Shown: positions 38,602 through 49,478 of the stretch, one piece after another
Position numbering within the stretch: position 1 is the first letter of the stretch
Layout: each line of letters begins with the position of its first letter
Origin: an uncultured Alphaproteobacteria bacterium
Lineage (GTDB): Bacteria > Pseudomonadota > Alphaproteobacteria > Rhizobiales > Aestuariivirgaceae
Assembly: GCA_963763635.1 (NCBI GenBank)
Contig: CAVXPO010000014.1
Span: 4,123-68,122, forward strand
Direction: 5' to 3'
Length of the DNA: 64,000 nt
The notes under the pieces: model-generated
The model's database searches: none
The model's input: the letters and a program-made list of their open reading frames with translations, nothing else
What the model was told of the DNA's origin: nothing
Made by a program: the position numbers and the translations under genes

Positions 38602-39600
38602 ATGATCAAGAAATTACTCGCGACCGCTGCGATGACAGCAATGATGGCGGTTTCCGCCTTCGCCGCCGACGACAAGCCAGCCATCGTTTTTGATATTGGC
38701 GGCAAGTTCGACAAGTCTTTCAATGAAAGCATGTTCAACGGCTCTGAAAAGTTCAAGACGGAAACCGGAACAGCCTATGGCGAGTTTGAAATTGCCAACG
38801 AAGCCCAGCGCGAACAGGCCATCCGCAACTTCGCTGACCAGGGCTATAGCCCGATCATCGCCGCGGGCTTTGCCCAAGCCGCCGCTGTCGAAAAAGTCGC
38901 CAAGGAATATCCCGATCTCAAGTTTGCCATCGTTGACATGGTTGTTGACCTGCCAAACGTGCAGTCCATCGTGTTCAATGAACATGAAGGGTCTTATCTC
39001 GTCGGCATGATGGCTGCCATGGCATCCAAATCCGGCAAGGTTGGCTTCGTGGGCGGCATGGATATTCCGCTCATTCACAAGTTTGCTTGCGGCTATGTTC
39101 AGGGCGTGAAGGCCGCCAAGGCCGACGCCACCGTATTCCAGAACATGACCGGTGATACGGGTGCGGCCTGGAACGATCCTGTAAAGGGCGGCGAAATCAC
39201 CAAGGGCCAGATGGCCCAGGGTGCTGACGTGGTTTACGCGGCAGCCGGTGCCACCGGCCTCGGCGTGTTGCAGGCAGCAGCCGATGGCGGTGCGCTGTCA
39301 ATCGGCGTCGATGCCAACCAGAACTTCCTTCACCCCGGCAAGGTTTTGACCTCCATGCTGAAGCGGGTGGACGTTGCGGTTTACAATGTGATGAAGTCCG
39401 GCAAGGACGGCACCTTCAAGGGTGGCATTCAGGCTCTCGGCCTCGCCGAGGATGGCGTGGGCTATGCCATGGACGACAACAACAAGGCGCTTGTCACGCC
39501 TGAAATGACAGCCGCCGTTGAAAAGGCCAAGGCTGACATCATCGCCGGCACCGTGAAGGTGCATGACTACATGTCGGACAACAAGTGCCCGGTTGAATAG
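38602..39600 (+). CDS. BMP-family (nucleoside) ABC substrate-binding protein
   Basis: GGKFDKSFNE, GFVGGMDIP, IGVDANQ and TSMLKRVD. Confidence 0.92.
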   Translation: MIKKLLATAAMTAMMAVSAFAADDKPAIVFDIGGKFDKSFNESMFNGSEKFKTETGTAYGEFEIANEAQREQAIRNFADQGYSPIIAAGFAQAAAVEKVAKEYPDLKFAIVDMVVDLPNVQSIVFNEHEGSYLVGMMAAMASKSGKVGFVGGMDIPLIHKFACGYVQGVKAAKADATVFQNMTGDTGAAWNDPVKGGEITKGQMAQGADVVYAAAGATGLGVLQAAADGGALSIGVDANQNFLHPGKVLTSMLKRVDVAVYNVMKSGKDGTFKGGIQALGLAEDGVGYAMDDNNKALVTPEMTAAVEKAKADIIAGTVKVHDYMSDNKCPVE

Positions 39601-39622
39601 CCGCTAACTTTGTAACCATTGG

Positions 39623-39645
39623 CCCTTCCCCTTTGCGGGGAAGGG
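39623..39645. repeat. Short REP-like hairpin (family B core)
   Basis: CCCTTCCCC-tttgc-GGGGAAGGG. Confidence 0.55.
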
Positions 39646-39655
39646 TCGAATTCAA

Positions 39656-41179
39656 ATGACAATGACCCCCGCCATTGAACTCATCGGAATTGACAAGCGC
39701 TTCGGCGCTGTTCACGCCAACAAGGACGTGACCCTGTCGATTGCGCAAAGCTCCATCCACGGCATCATCGGTGAAAACGGCGCGGGCAAATCCACCCTGA
39801 TGTCGATCCTCTTCGGCTTCTATGCCGCTGACAAGGGCGAGATCCACGTCAAAGGCCAGCCAGTCAAAATCAAATCATCATCGGACGCCATCGCCCTTGG
39901 CATTGGCATGGTGCACCAGCACTTCATGCTGGTTGATAATTTCACTGTCCTTGAAAATGTCGTGCTGGGTGCCGAAGGCGGCAGGCTCATCGGCCCCGCC
40001 CTTGCCAAGGCCCGCGAAGAGCTCACGCGGCTGGCCCGCGATTACGAGCTGGATGTTGACCCCGATGCCATCGTGGGTGAGCTGCCCGTGGGCCTGCAGC
40101 AGCGCGTTGAAATTCTCAAGGCCCTGTTCAAGGGTGCCGAAACCCTGATCCTTGACGAGCCAACCGGCGTGCTCACCCCCGATGAAGCCGATCACCTCTT
40201 CCGCATCCTGGGCCAGCTTCGCGACCAGGGCAAAACCGTGATCCTCATCACCCACAAGCTGCGCGAGATCATGGCGATCACCGACCATGTATCCGTCATG
40301 CGGCGCGGCGAGATGGTGGCCACGAAAGAAACCAAGCGCACCTCCGTTGAAGAGCTCGCCGAATTGATGGTGGGCCGCCGCGTGCTGCTGCGCGTTGAAA
40401 AGGGCAAGGCCAAGCCCCGCGAAGTGGTGCTCGAAGTGAACAACCTGACCTGGCGCGACCGCAAGGGAACGCCCCGCGTCGACAATGTTTCCTTCAATGT
40501 GCGCAGCGGCGAAATCGTCGGCATTGCGGGTGTTTCCGGCAACGGGCAATCGGAACTCCTTGATCTCATCGCCGGGATCACCAAGCCCGCATCGGGCGAA
40601 ATCATTTTTGAAGGAAAGTCCATTGGCATGCTGGGCGATCCCCAGCATTTGCGCAAAGAGGGCCTGGCCCACGTGCCGGAGGACCGCCAGCACCGCGGGC
40701 TGATCGCGACATTTGACGCGTCTGAATCCAGCATCCTGGGCTGGCACTATGACGAGGCGCTGGGCAAGGGTTTCAGGCTGGATCGCGAAGCGGTGGTGAA
40801 CCGCTGCAAGGCGGAGATGCAGGAATTTGATGTGCGCCCCGGCGACCCGCTTCTGAAAAGCGCCAAATTCTCCGGCGGCAACCAGCAGAAAATTATCCTC
40901 GCCCGCGAGCTTGAGCGCGACCCGGATTTGCTGATCGTCGGCCAGCCCACCCGCGGCGTTGATATCGGCGCCATCGAATTCATCCACAGGCGCCTCATCG
41001 AACTCCGCGACCAGGGCAAAGCCGTGCTTCTGGTCTCGGTGGAGCTTGATGAAATCCGCTCCCTCTCAGACCGCATCCTTGTCATGTTTGCGGGAAAAAT
41101 CATGGGCGAGCGTGATGCAAGTGCTGATGAACGCGAGCTTGGCCTGTTGATGGCTGGCGTCTCGAAGGATGCCGCGTGA
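39656..41179 (+). CDS. Nucleoside ABC transporter ATP-binding protein (CUT2, two domains)
   Basis: GENGAGKST, LDEPT, FSGGNQQK and QPTRGVD. Confidence 0.94.
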   Translation: MTMTPAIELIGIDKRFGAVHANKDVTLSIAQSSIHGIIGENGAGKSTLMSILFGFYAADKGEIHVKGQPVKIKSSSDAIALGIGMVHQHFMLVDNFTVLENVVLGAEGGRLIGPALAKAREELTRLARDYELDVDPDAIVGELPVGLQQRVEILKALFKGAETLILDEPTGVLTPDEADHLFRILGQLRDQGKTVILITHKLREIMAITDHVSVMRRGEMVATKETKRTSVEELAELMVGRRVLLRVEKGKAKPREVVLEVNNLTWRDRKGTPRVDNVSFNVRSGEIVGIAGVSGNGQSELLDLIAGITKPASGEIIFEGKSIGMLGDPQHLRKEGLAHVPEDRQHRGLIATFDASESSILGWHYDEALGKGFRLDREAVVNRCKAEMQEFDVRPGDPLLKSAKFSGGNQQKIILARELERDPDLLIVGQPTRGVDIGAIEFIHRRLIELRDQGKAVLLVSVELDEIRSLSDRILVMFAGKIMGERDASADERELGLLMAGVSKDAA

Positions 41180-42276
41180 TGGCCAATGCGCGGGGCGAAC
41201 TGCCAACCTGGGTTGATATCGGCGTGATCCCGCTCCTCAATCTTTTTGTGGCCCTTGTGGTTGCAGGCCTCGTTGTTCTCATCATCGGCGAAAATCCGCT
41301 GGAAGCCATGTGGATCATGCTGAAGGGTGCGGTGGGTTCCATCAAGGGCTGGGGCTACCTGCTTTATTACGCGACGAACTTTGTTTTTACCGGGCTTGCC
41401 GTTGCCGTCGCCTTTCACGCGGGCCTCTTCAATATCGGCGGCGAGGGCCAGGCCTATTTTGCGGGCCTTGGCGCTGCAATCATGGGCCTTGGCCTTGAAT
41501 TTCTGCCCTGGCCCCTCGTCATCCCGCTGGCCATTCTGGCATCGATGCTGTTTGGCGCGTTCTGGGCCTGGATACCGGGCTACCTGCAAGCCAAGCGCGG
41601 CAGCCACATCGTCATCACCACCATCATGTTCAACTTCATCGCCGCAAGCCTGATGGTCTATCTCATCAACTACTGGTTCAGGCCTGTTGGCAAAATGGCG
41701 GTGGAGAGCCGCGAAATCACCGGTGCCTATATCCTGAGTTTCCGCGAAATCGCGCGCATGTTCTTTGACGTGCGGTTGCCGTCGACGCCGCTGAACCTCA
41801 CCGTGTTCCTCGCAGTCATTGCCGCCTATATCGTGTGGTATCTGCTGTGGCGCACCAAGCTCGGCTATGAAATCCGCGCCGTTGGCGCCAACAGCGAAGC
41901 GGCAATTTACGCCGGCATCAAGCCGGAGCGCATCATCATCATTGCCATGGCAATTTCAGGCGCGCTGTCAGGCCTTGTGGCGGTGAATGAAGTCTTGGGC
42001 GTGCAGCATCGCCTGCTGCTGGAATTTGTCGGCGGTGCGGGATTTGTCGGGATAGCTGTGGCGCTTATGGGCCGCTCGCATCCCGTTGGCATCGTGTTTG
42101 CCGCCATGTTGTTTGGCATGCTTTATCAGGGCGGAGCTGAGCTGTCTTTCGCCAAACCTCTCATCTCGCGCGACATGATCGTGGTTATCCAGGGCCTTGT
42201 CATCCTTTTCATGGGCGCGCTTGAATATGCCTTCCGCCCCACCCTTGCGGCAATCTTTGTGAAAGCGGAGGACTGA
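41176..42276 (+). CDS. Nucleoside ABC permease
   Basis: GLFNIGGEGQ and GFVGIAVALMGR. Confidence 0.92.
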   Translation: MMANARGELPTWVDIGVIPLLNLFVALVVAGLVVLIIGENPLEAMWIMLKGAVGSIKGWGYLLYYATNFVFTGLAVAVAFHAGLFNIGGEGQAYFAGLGAAIMGLGLEFLPWPLVIPLAILASMLFGAFWAWIPGYLQAKRGSHIVITTIMFNFIAASLMVYLINYWFRPVGKMAVESREITGAYILSFREIARMFFDVRLPSTPLNLTVFLAVIAAYIVWYLLWRTKLGYEIRAVGANSEAAIYAGIKPERIIIIAMAISGALSGLVAVNEVLGVQHRLLLEFVGGAGFVGIAVALMGRSHPVGIVFAAMLFGMLYQGGAELSFAKPLISRDMIVVIQGLVILFMGALEYAFRPTLAAIFVKAED

Positions 42277-42278
42277 GC

Positions 42279-43241
42279 ATGGATTTTTCGCTGATCTCTG
42301 AAGTTCTGGCTTCCACCATCAGGCTTTCCGTGCCGCTGGTTCTCGCCTGTCTCGCAGGCCTGTGGTCGGAGCGTTCAGGCATCGTCGATATTGGGCTTGA
42401 AGGGAAGATGCTGGCCGCGGCTTTCGCGGCGGCGGCGGCAGCGTCTTACTACCAGTCGGCTTGGGCAGGCCTGCTGTTTGCCATTCTCGTATCCCTCGCG
42501 CTGGCGCTTGTGCATGGCTACGCATCGATCAATCAGCGCGGCAATCAGGTTGTGTCCGGTGTGGCGATCAACATGCTGGCGGCGGGCCTTGCCGTGGTGC
42601 TGGGCAATACCTGGTTCAGGGAAGGCGGCCGCACACCGGCGCTGCCCGTAAATGCGCGCTTCATGCCGGTTGATCTTCCAGGTGCGCAAGCGCTCGCGGG
42701 CGTGCCGCTCCTTGGCGATCTTGCCAAAATCATTTCGGGCCATTCAATCATCACTTATGCAACGGTTTTGCTGGTGCCTTTAACGGCCTGGGCGCTGGCC
42801 AAAACCCGCTTTGGGTTGCGGCTTCGCGCCGTTGGCGAAAATCCCCATGCGGTGGATTCGGCGGGCATTTCGGTGGCCAGGCTCCGCTACCAGGCCGTAA
42901 TCATTGCAGGCATTCTATGCGGCATCGCGGGCGCATTCCTGTCCACGTCCCTGTCAGCAAGTTTTGTGCGCGACATGACGGCAGGCCGTGGCTTCATGGC
43001 GCTTGCTGCCTTGATCTTTGCGAACTGGCGGGCCTGGCCAGCACTTTACGCCTGTCTGCTGTTCGGCTTCCTGCAGGCCAGCGGCAACTATATGCAAGGT
43101 GTCCGCATCGCTGGCTTTGAAGTGCCCGTGCAGTTCATCAACATGCTGCCCTATCTTTTAACCGTTGTCCTGCTTGCAGGCTTCATCGGAAAATCCATTC
43201 CGCCCAAAGCCAGCGGCATCCCCTACACCAAGGACAGATGA
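42279..43241 (+). CDS. Nucleoside ABC permease
   Basis: SERSGIVDIGLEG, AVGENP and GRGFMALAA. Confidence 0.92.
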   Translation: MDFSLISEVLASTIRLSVPLVLACLAGLWSERSGIVDIGLEGKMLAAAFAAAAAASYYQSAWAGLLFAILVSLALALVHGYASINQRGNQVVSGVAINMLAAGLAVVLGNTWFREGGRTPALPVNARFMPVDLPGAQALAGVPLLGDLAKIISGHSIITYATVLLVPLTAWALAKTRFGLRLRAVGENPHAVDSAGISVARLRYQAVIIAGILCGIAGAFLSTSLSASFVRDMTAGRGFMALAALIFANWRAWPALYACLLFGFLQASGNYMQGVRIAGFEVPVQFINMLPYLLTVVLLAGFIGKSIPPKASGIPYTKDR

Positions 43242-43242
43242 C

Positions 43243-43635
43243 ATGAATGAATTGATTGCGGCGGCAAAGTCGGCCCGCCTCAAGGCTTACGCGCCCTATT
43301 CAAAATTTCTGGTCGGCGCTGCGGTGCTCGATGAACGGGGGCAAATCCATGGGGGTTGCAACATTGAAAACGCCGCGTACCCGCAAGGCTGGTGCGCGGA
43401 AACTTCCGCCATCGCCGCCATGATCATGTCGGGCTCGCGCTGTATTGCCGAGATGGCCGTGATCGGCACGGGCGATTTGCTGTGCACGCCCTGCGGCGGC
43501 TGCCGCCAGAAAATCAGGGAATTCGCCAAAGGCAATGTTAAAATCCACATGTGCGGCGAAGATGGAAAAGTGAAACAGACATTCACACTTGATGAATTGC
43601 TGCCCGCCTCATTTGGTCCGGAGAATTTGGCATGA
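43243..43635 (+). CDS. cdd: Cytidine deaminase
   Basis: AYAPYSKF.VGA, NIENAAY, CAE and PCGGCRQ. Confidence 0.95.
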   Translation: MNELIAAAKSARLKAYAPYSKFLVGAAVLDERGQIHGGCNIENAAYPQGWCAETSAIAAMIMSGSRCIAEMAVIGTGDLLCTPCGGCRQKIREFAKGNVKIHMCGEDGKVKQTFTLDELLPASFGPENLA

Positions 43636-44417
43636 GTGGACTCCTCAAACACTTTGAAGGCCGAGCGCCAAAAATCGCAATCATTCTGGGGTCGAGCCTT
43701 GGATCGTTCGCCGATGCGGTGCAAGATGCAATTCGCATTCCCTACAGTGAACTCAACGATTTCCCCGTCCCAAAAATCTCCGGCCACGCCGGCGAGCTTG
43801 TTGTTGGCAAGGTGGGCGGCAAAGAGATTGCAGTATTGGCAGGCAGGGCCCACGCCTATGAAAGCGGCAATCCCGCCATCATGCGCCCGGTGATTGAAGC
43901 GCTGAAAGCGGCTGGCATTGAAATTTTAATCCTTACCAATGCCGCAGGTTCGCTCAATCCCAAAATGCGCCCCGGTTCGATCATGCTGCTGACGGACCAC
44001 ATCAATCAGGCCGGCATGAACCCGCTGATTGGCAGCCATGGCGATGAAAATTTCGTTCCCATGACAAATGCCTATGACCCCAAATTGCAGAAGGCCTTGA
44101 TGGCCGCGGCTAAGAAGGAAAAGCTGAAGCTGCATCAAGGCGTTTACGTCTGGTATTCCGGACCGTCATTCGAAACGCCCGCCGAAATAAAAATGTTCCG
44201 GCTTGTCGGCGGCACCGCCGTTGGCATGTCCACCGTGCCGGAAACAATTCTGGCGCGGCGCTTTGGCCTGCGCGTGGCCGCTCTTTCCGTTATCACAAAC
44301 CTTGCGGCAGGCATCGAAGGCGCATCGCCTTCCCATGAAGAGACCAAGCGCGAAGGGGCCAAGGCTGCCGAGCGCATGAAAACCCTGCTCATCCGCTTTT
44401 TCAAAGACTTGAAATAA
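43632..44417 (+). CDS. Purine-nucleoside phosphorylase (trimeric PNP/XapA type)
   Basis: IILGSSLG, GRAHAYE, LTNAAGSL, GPSFETPAE and VGMSTVPE. Confidence 0.94.
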   Translation: MSGLLKHFEGRAPKIAIILGSSLGSFADAVQDAIRIPYSELNDFPVPKISGHAGELVVGKVGGKEIAVLAGRAHAYESGNPAIMRPVIEALKAAGIEILILTNAAGSLNPKMRPGSIMLLTDHINQAGMNPLIGSHGDENFVPMTNAYDPKLQKALMAAAKKEKLKLHQGVYVWYSGPSFETPAEIKMFRLVGGTAVGMSTVPETILARRFGLRVAALSVITNLAAGIEGASPSHEETKREGAKAAERMKTLLIRFFKDLK

Positions 44418-45721
44418 TGCTGCCGCAGGAACTCATCCGCAAGAAGCGCGATGGCCAATCGCTTACCGCGAATGAGGTGAAGGACTTTATTGCAGGCCTC
44501 ACAACAGGTGAAATTTCCGAAGGCCAGGTTGCGGCTTTCGCCATGGCGGTGTTTTTTAACGGCATGGAGCCACAGGAAGCCGTGGGCCTGACGCTGGCAA
44601 TGCGCGATTCCGGCACCGTGCTGAAGTGGGATCTGCCCGGCCCCGTTGTGGACAAGCATTCAACCGGCGGCATTGGCGATAATGTGTCCCTTATGCTCGC
44701 TCCCATGCTGGCTGCCTGTGGCTGTTACGTGCCGATGATTTCAGGCCGCGGCCTTGGCCACACCGGCGGCACATTGGACAAGCTCGATTCCATTCCAGGC
44801 TATGTGACCCAGCCGGATCTCGCTCTCTTCCGTAAAACTGTAAGGGACACGGGCGCTGCCATCATCGGCCAAACCGCTGACTTGGCACCCGCTGACAAGC
44901 GGCTTTACGGCATCAGGGATGTGACAGCTACGGTGGAATCCGTGCCCCTGATCACCGCCTCAATTCTTTCAAAAAAGCTCGCAGCCGGACTGCAAATGCT
45001 GGTGCTCGATGTGAAAACCGGCTCCGGCGCTTTTATGGCAAAGAAAAAGGACGCGGTTATTCTCGCCAACAGTCTGGTGAAAGTGGCCAATGGCGCCGGC
45101 CTCAAAACCTCGGCGCTGATCACGGATATGGATGAACCCTTGGCGTCTGCCGCAGGCAATGCCGTCGAAGTCAGGAACGCCGTCGATTATTTGACAGGCA
45201 CCCACAGGGATGCGCGTTTGCATGAAGTCACTGTTTCATTGGGGGCCGAACTTCTCGTGCTGGCGAAAATCGCCACCGCCAAAACAGCGCGCGCCCGACT
45301 GGAAAAAACCTTGGGCACAGGCGAGGCGGCAGAAAGATTCCAGCGCATGGTGGCAGCCCTTGGCGGCCCCCATGACTTTATGGAGAAAGCTGAAAAATAT
45401 CTACCCCAAGCCCCCATCATCCGTGCCGTTCACGCGACAAAATCCGGCAAGATTGAATCCATTGATACCCGCGCTTTGGGCCTCGCCGTCATCGAACTCG
45501 GCGGTGGCCGCCGCGTCGCAGCCGACAGGATCGACCATGCCGTAGGCTTGACTGCGCTTGCTGGCAAAGCATCAATTGCCGACAAGTCGCATCCCCTCGC
45601 CATTATCCACGCGCGAGACGAAGCGAGTTTCGAACGCGCGCAAAAAATTATCCGTAGCGCTTACGTCTTGGGCAAGCCGAAGCGGGCAACCCCAAGCGTC
45701 ATCGGGCGTATCGGAAAATGA
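44417..45721 (+). CDS. deoA: Thymidine phosphorylase
   Basis: [26 protein letters not shown] and [10 protein letters not shown]. Confidence 0.96.
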   Translation: MLPQELIRKKRDGQSLTANEVKDFIAGLTTGEISEGQVAAFAMAVFFNGMEPQEAVGLTLAMRDSGTVLKWDLPGPVVDKHSTGGIGDNVSLMLAPMLAACGCYVPMISGRGLGHTGGTLDKLDSIPGYVTQPDLALFRKTVRDTGAAIIGQTADLAPADKRLYGIRDVTATVESVPLITASILSKKLAAGLQMLVLDVKTGSGAFMAKKKDAVILANSLVKVANGAGLKTSALITDMDEPLASAAGNAVEVRNAVDYLTGTHRDARLHEVTVSLGAELLVLAKIATAKTARARLEKTLGTGEAAERFQRMVAALGGPHDFMEKAEKYLPQAPIIRAVHATKSGKIESIDTRALGLAVIELGGGRRVAADRIDHAVGLTALAGKASIADKSHPLAIIHARDEASFERAQKIIRSAYVLGKPKRATPSVIGRIGK

Positions 45722-46899
45722 GCCGCGCCTTTCTCTTCATACTCGACAGCTTCGGCATCGGCGGCGCGCCCGATGCCAAGAAGTATGGCGATGAAGGCGC
45801 CAACACTTTTGTGCATATCGCCGAAGCCGTGAAACTGAGCCTTCCAACCCTGGCATCCCTCGGCCTGGGCCTCGCCGCTGAAGCTTCCAGCGGGAAAAAT
45901 CCGTTTGCCCCCACAGCCTTGCAAGGGCAATGGGGAGTGGCGCAGGAAATTTCAAATGGCAAGGACACGCCATCCGGCCATTGGGAAATCGCCGGCGTTC
46001 CCGTGCTGTTTGACTGGGGTTATTTCCCCAACACCATCCCGGCTTTCCCGAAATCCTTCACTGAAGCATTCATTGCGCAAGCCAAGCTCCCGGGCATTCT
46101 TGGCAACAAGCACGCCTCTGGCACGGAAGTCATCGAAGAACTTGGTGCGGAACATATGGCGAGCGGAAAGCCGATTGTCTATACAAGTGGTGATAGCGTC
46201 ATCCAGATTGCGGCGCACGAACAGAGCTTTGGGTTGGAGCGGCTCTATAAGATCTGCACAATTGCCCGCGAACTTTCCTATGACATGAACATCGGACGCG
46301 TCATCGCGCGGCCCTTTGTCGGCACCGACGCTTCAAATTTCACACGCACGGGCAACCGCAAGGACTACACCGTGCTGCCGCCATCGCCTACCCTGCTGAA
46401 TGTACTCACCAAAGCCAAGCGCGATATCATCACCATCGGCAAGATTGGCGACATCTATGCCCATTCCGGCACCGGCCGCGAAGTGAAGGCATCCGGCAAC
46501 GCCGCATTGTTCGATACGACATTGAAGGAAATGCCGAACCTGCAAGACGGTGGATTCCTGATGACCAACTTTGTCGACTTCGACATGCTCTTTGGTCACC
46601 GCCGCGACCCCAAGGGTTATGGCGCAGCGCTCGAATATTTTGACCAGCGCCTGCCCGAAGCCATGGCGCTGATGCGCGAAGGCGATCTGATGATCCTCAC
46701 CGCCGATCACGGCAATGACCCGACCTGGAAAGGCACCGACCACACCCGTGAATGCGCACCCATTCTGATTTATGCAAAGGGCATAAAGTCTGGTTCGGTC
46801 GGCATCCGCAAAACCTTCGCCGACATTGGTCAGACTATTGCAAGCCACCTCGGCATTCCGTCCCTCGGCACCGGAACGAGCTGGCTGGTACAGACCTAA
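45718..46899 (+). CDS. deoB: Phosphopentomutase
   Basis: [35 protein letters not shown] and DHTRE. Confidence 0.96.
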   Translation: MSRAFLFILDSFGIGGAPDAKKYGDEGANTFVHIAEAVKLSLPTLASLGLGLAAEASSGKNPFAPTALQGQWGVAQEISNGKDTPSGHWEIAGVPVLFDWGYFPNTIPAFPKSFTEAFIAQAKLPGILGNKHASGTEVIEELGAEHMASGKPIVYTSGDSVIQIAAHEQSFGLERLYKICTIARELSYDMNIGRVIARPFVGTDASNFTRTGNRKDYTVLPPSPTLLNVLTKAKRDIITIGKIGDIYAHSGTGREVKASGNAALFDTTLKEMPNLQDGGFLMTNFVDFDMLFGHRRDPKGYGAALEYFDQRLPEAMALMREGDLMILTADHGNDPTWKGTDHTRECAPILIYAKGIKSGSVGIRKTFADIGQTIASHLGIPSLGTGTSWLVQT

Positions 46900-46987
46900 T
46901 CAGATTTTGTGTTAGTGATTTACACGATGGCAGGTAGCCCCTAAATTCAACTTTACTGGGGAATCACGGCGGAGATAAAATAAAATT

Positions 46988-47347
46988 ATGAAGAAGCTTG
47001 CAATCGCGCTTACCATGCTAGCCAGCCTTGCCCTTCCTGCGACGGCTCAATCCATCGGCGGCCGTTACACGGTTGAAGGCACCAACATCAACGGCACGAC
47101 CTATTCGGGCGAAGCCGAGATCACGCTCACCTCGGACACGACTTGCGACATCAAATGGGTCACGGGCCCCACCGAATTGAACGGCATCTGCATGCGCAAT
47201 GACGCTTCCTTTGCCGCTGGTTATGTCATCGGTGATCAGGTGGGTCTGGTCATCTACAAAATCATGCCGGATGGCACGCTTGCCGGATTATGGACCCTTG
47301 CAGGCAACGGCGGCAATGGAACAGAAGTGCTAACACCCGTCCAGTAG
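46988..47347 (+). CDS. Small secreted beta-rich hypothetical protein
   Basis: Signal peptide ending PATA, then GRYTVEGTN.NG..YSG..GLVIY..DGTL.GLW..G.E.L. Confidence 0.75.
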   Translation: MKKLAIALTMLASLALPATAQSIGGRYTVEGTNINGTTYSGEAEITLTSDTTCDIKWVTGPTELNGICMRNDASFAAGYVIGDQVGLVIYKIMPDGTLAGLWTLAGNGGNGTEVLTPVQ

Positions 47348-47353
47348 TCAATT

Positions 47354-48544
47354 CTACTCCGACCTTCTCAACACCGCCTGCAACACGTCCCTGACGCCGA
47401 TCGCACCTGCAAAGGTGTTGTCGTCGTTGAACAGGGCCACAGGTGCCGTGTCCGCCTTGTGCATGGCGAGCATCACGGTTTTGAGCGATGTTCCAGGCGT
47501 TGCCCAGAACACCGGGTGATCGCCCTTGCCCAACGCCTTGTCAGCATCAGCGCAGGAAACCCAGGTGGCAACCTGGCCATTGCGCTCAACGGCTGCAACT
47601 TTTCCAGCCTTGTCCAGTTTGAATTTTGTCGTCCGGCGGCGGTCAAGCCATGTCCAGCCCCGCCCAGCGGATTCCAATTCATGCTTGGCCCGCATCACAT
47701 TCCAGGCGGTAAGCACACTCAACGGATTCACATTCGCAATGAATTCGCGCACATAGTCGTTGGCAGGGCGTAGCACGATATCTTCCGGCCGCCCCGTTTG
47801 CACAATGTGGCCGCCTTCCATGATGGAAATGTGATTGCCGATTTTCAGCGCTTCTTCGAGATCATGGCTCACGAAGATGATGGTTTTCTTCAATGTCTTT
47901 TGCAGTTGCAAAAGCTCATCTTGCAGCTTGGTGCGGATAAGCGGGTCAAGCGCCGAGAAAGGCTCATCCATCAACAGGATGGGCGCTTCCGTGGCAAAGG
48001 CCCGCGCCAACCCCACGCGCTGTTGCATGCCGCCTGAAAGTTCATGCACATATTTTCCAGCCCACTGGTCGAGCCCCACCAGCTTCAACTGCTTGTCGAC
48101 TTTAACTTTACGCTCCGCTTCCGGCATGCCGGCAAGCTCGAGCCCGAAGCCTACATTTTCCGCCACCGTGCGCCACGGCAGCAAAGCGAATTGCTGAAAC
48201 ACCATGGCAACCTGGCCTTGGCGCACATGGCGCAGCGTGGCTTCATCGCAGGTGACGACATCAACCATCTTGGCGCCATCGCGCACCAGCACATTTCCGC
48301 GTGATACCTGGTTGAGGCCGTTCACGGCGCGCAGCAGCGTGGATTTTCCCGAACCCGAAAGACCCATGAGAACGCTGATTTCGCCTTCCTTGACAATGAG
48401 GCTGGCCCCGGCTGAACCCAGCACCGCGCCGGTTTTTTCAAGAATTTCCGAGCGGCTCTTGCCCGCGTCGAGCATGGCAAGCGCCTCGCGGATGTCCTTG
48501 CCGAACAGGATGTCGACATTCTTGAATTCAACAGCAGTGCTCAT
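47354..48544 (-). CDS. choV: Choline ABC transporter ATP-binding protein
   Basis: GLSGSGKST, LSGGMQQRVGLARA and MDEPFSALDP. Confidence 0.88.
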   Translation of the reverse strand: MSTAVEFKNVDILFGKDIREALAMLDAGKSRSEILEKTGAVLGSAGASLIVKEGEISVLMGLSGSGKSTLLRAVNGLNQVSRGNVLVRDGAKMVDVVTCDEATLRHVRQGQVAMVFQQFALLPWRTVAENVGFGLELAGMPEAERKVKVDKQLKLVGLDQWAGKYVHELSGGMQQRVGLARAFATEAPILLMDEPFSALDPLIRTKLQDELLQLQKTLKKTIIFVSHDLEEALKIGNHISIMEGGHIVQTGRPEDIVLRPANDYVREFIANVNPLSVLTAWNVMRAKHELESAGRGWTWLDRRRTTKFKLDKAGKVAAVERNGQVATWVSCADADKALGKGDHPVFWATPGTSLKTVMLAMHKADTAPVALFNDDNTFAGAIGVRDVLQAVLRRSE

Positions 48545-49398
48545 TTCTTTGCCCCCGTGCGCACCGCAAGCACCCGGTCAAGGATGATTGCCAGGATGAC
48601 AATCGCCAGACCGGCTTCAATGCCCAAGGGAATGTTGCGGTTGTTGAGCGCGCGGTTCACCGGATTGCCCAGCGACGGCGCGCCGATCAGCGTGGCAATT
48701 ACAACCATGGAAAGCGACAGCATGATGCATTGCGTGAGGCCCGCCATGATGGTGGGCAATGCCGCTGGCAATTCCACCTTCCACAAAAGCTGGCGCTTGG
48801 TGGCGCCAAAAGCCTCGCCCGCTTCCAGCATGGGCTTGGGGATGGAGGTAAGCCCAAGATAGGTCATGCGCACCGGTGCCGGCATAGCAAAAATGACGGT
48901 TACGATGAGGGCAGGAGCGGCACCCAAGCCGAACAGGATCAGGATCGGAATGAGATAGACGAAGGTCGGCATGGTCTGCATGAGATCGAGAATGGGCTGC
49001 ATGGTTTGCCATACGCGCGGCTTATGCGCTGCCCAAATGCCCAGCGGCACGCCAATCACCATGGAAGCCGAGGTGGCCGCGATGACGATCACCAGCGTCT
49101 GCACCGTCTCCTTCCACAGCCCCTGATTGATGATGAACAGGAAGCCCGCGAACACAACAAGTGTGAGGATTTTTGATTTCTGGATGCTGTAGCTGATGCC
49201 GGCGAGCGCAAGTGCCAGCAACACGGGCGGGCACAGCAACAGCAGATAGGTCGATCCCTCGATCACCCATTCAATGCCGTTTGAAAGCCCGTCAAAAAAC
49301 CAGTCAAAATAGGTGATGATGAAATCAATGACGGCCTTGCCCCATTGGCCAACTGGAATTTTCCAGGCTGCAATGAACTTCGAAATGGGATCGATCAT
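48541..49398 (-). CDS. choW: Choline ABC transporter permease
   Basis: PILDLMQTMPTFVYLIP, EAGEAFGAT and IMLSLSMVV. Confidence 0.88.
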   Translation of the reverse strand: MIDPISKFIAAWKIPVGQWGKAVIDFIITYFDWFFDGLSNGIEWVIEGSTYLLLLCPPVLLALALAGISYSIQKSKILTLVVFAGFLFIINQGLWKETVQTLVIVIAATSASMVIGVPLGIWAAHKPRVWQTMQPILDLMQTMPTFVYLIPILILFGLGAAPALIVTVIFAMPAPVRMTYLGLTSIPKPMLEAGEAFGATKRQLLWKVELPAALPTIMAGLTQCIMLSLSMVVIATLIGAPSLGNPVNRALNNRNIPLGIEAGLAIVILAIILDRVLAVRTGAKK

Positions 49399-49478
49399 GT
49401 TGCGCCCCGTCCCTCATTTTTTATTATCGTCCGGCGCAGCGTTGCTGCCGCGCCGGCGTAGAAATGTTTTAGCCGCTC

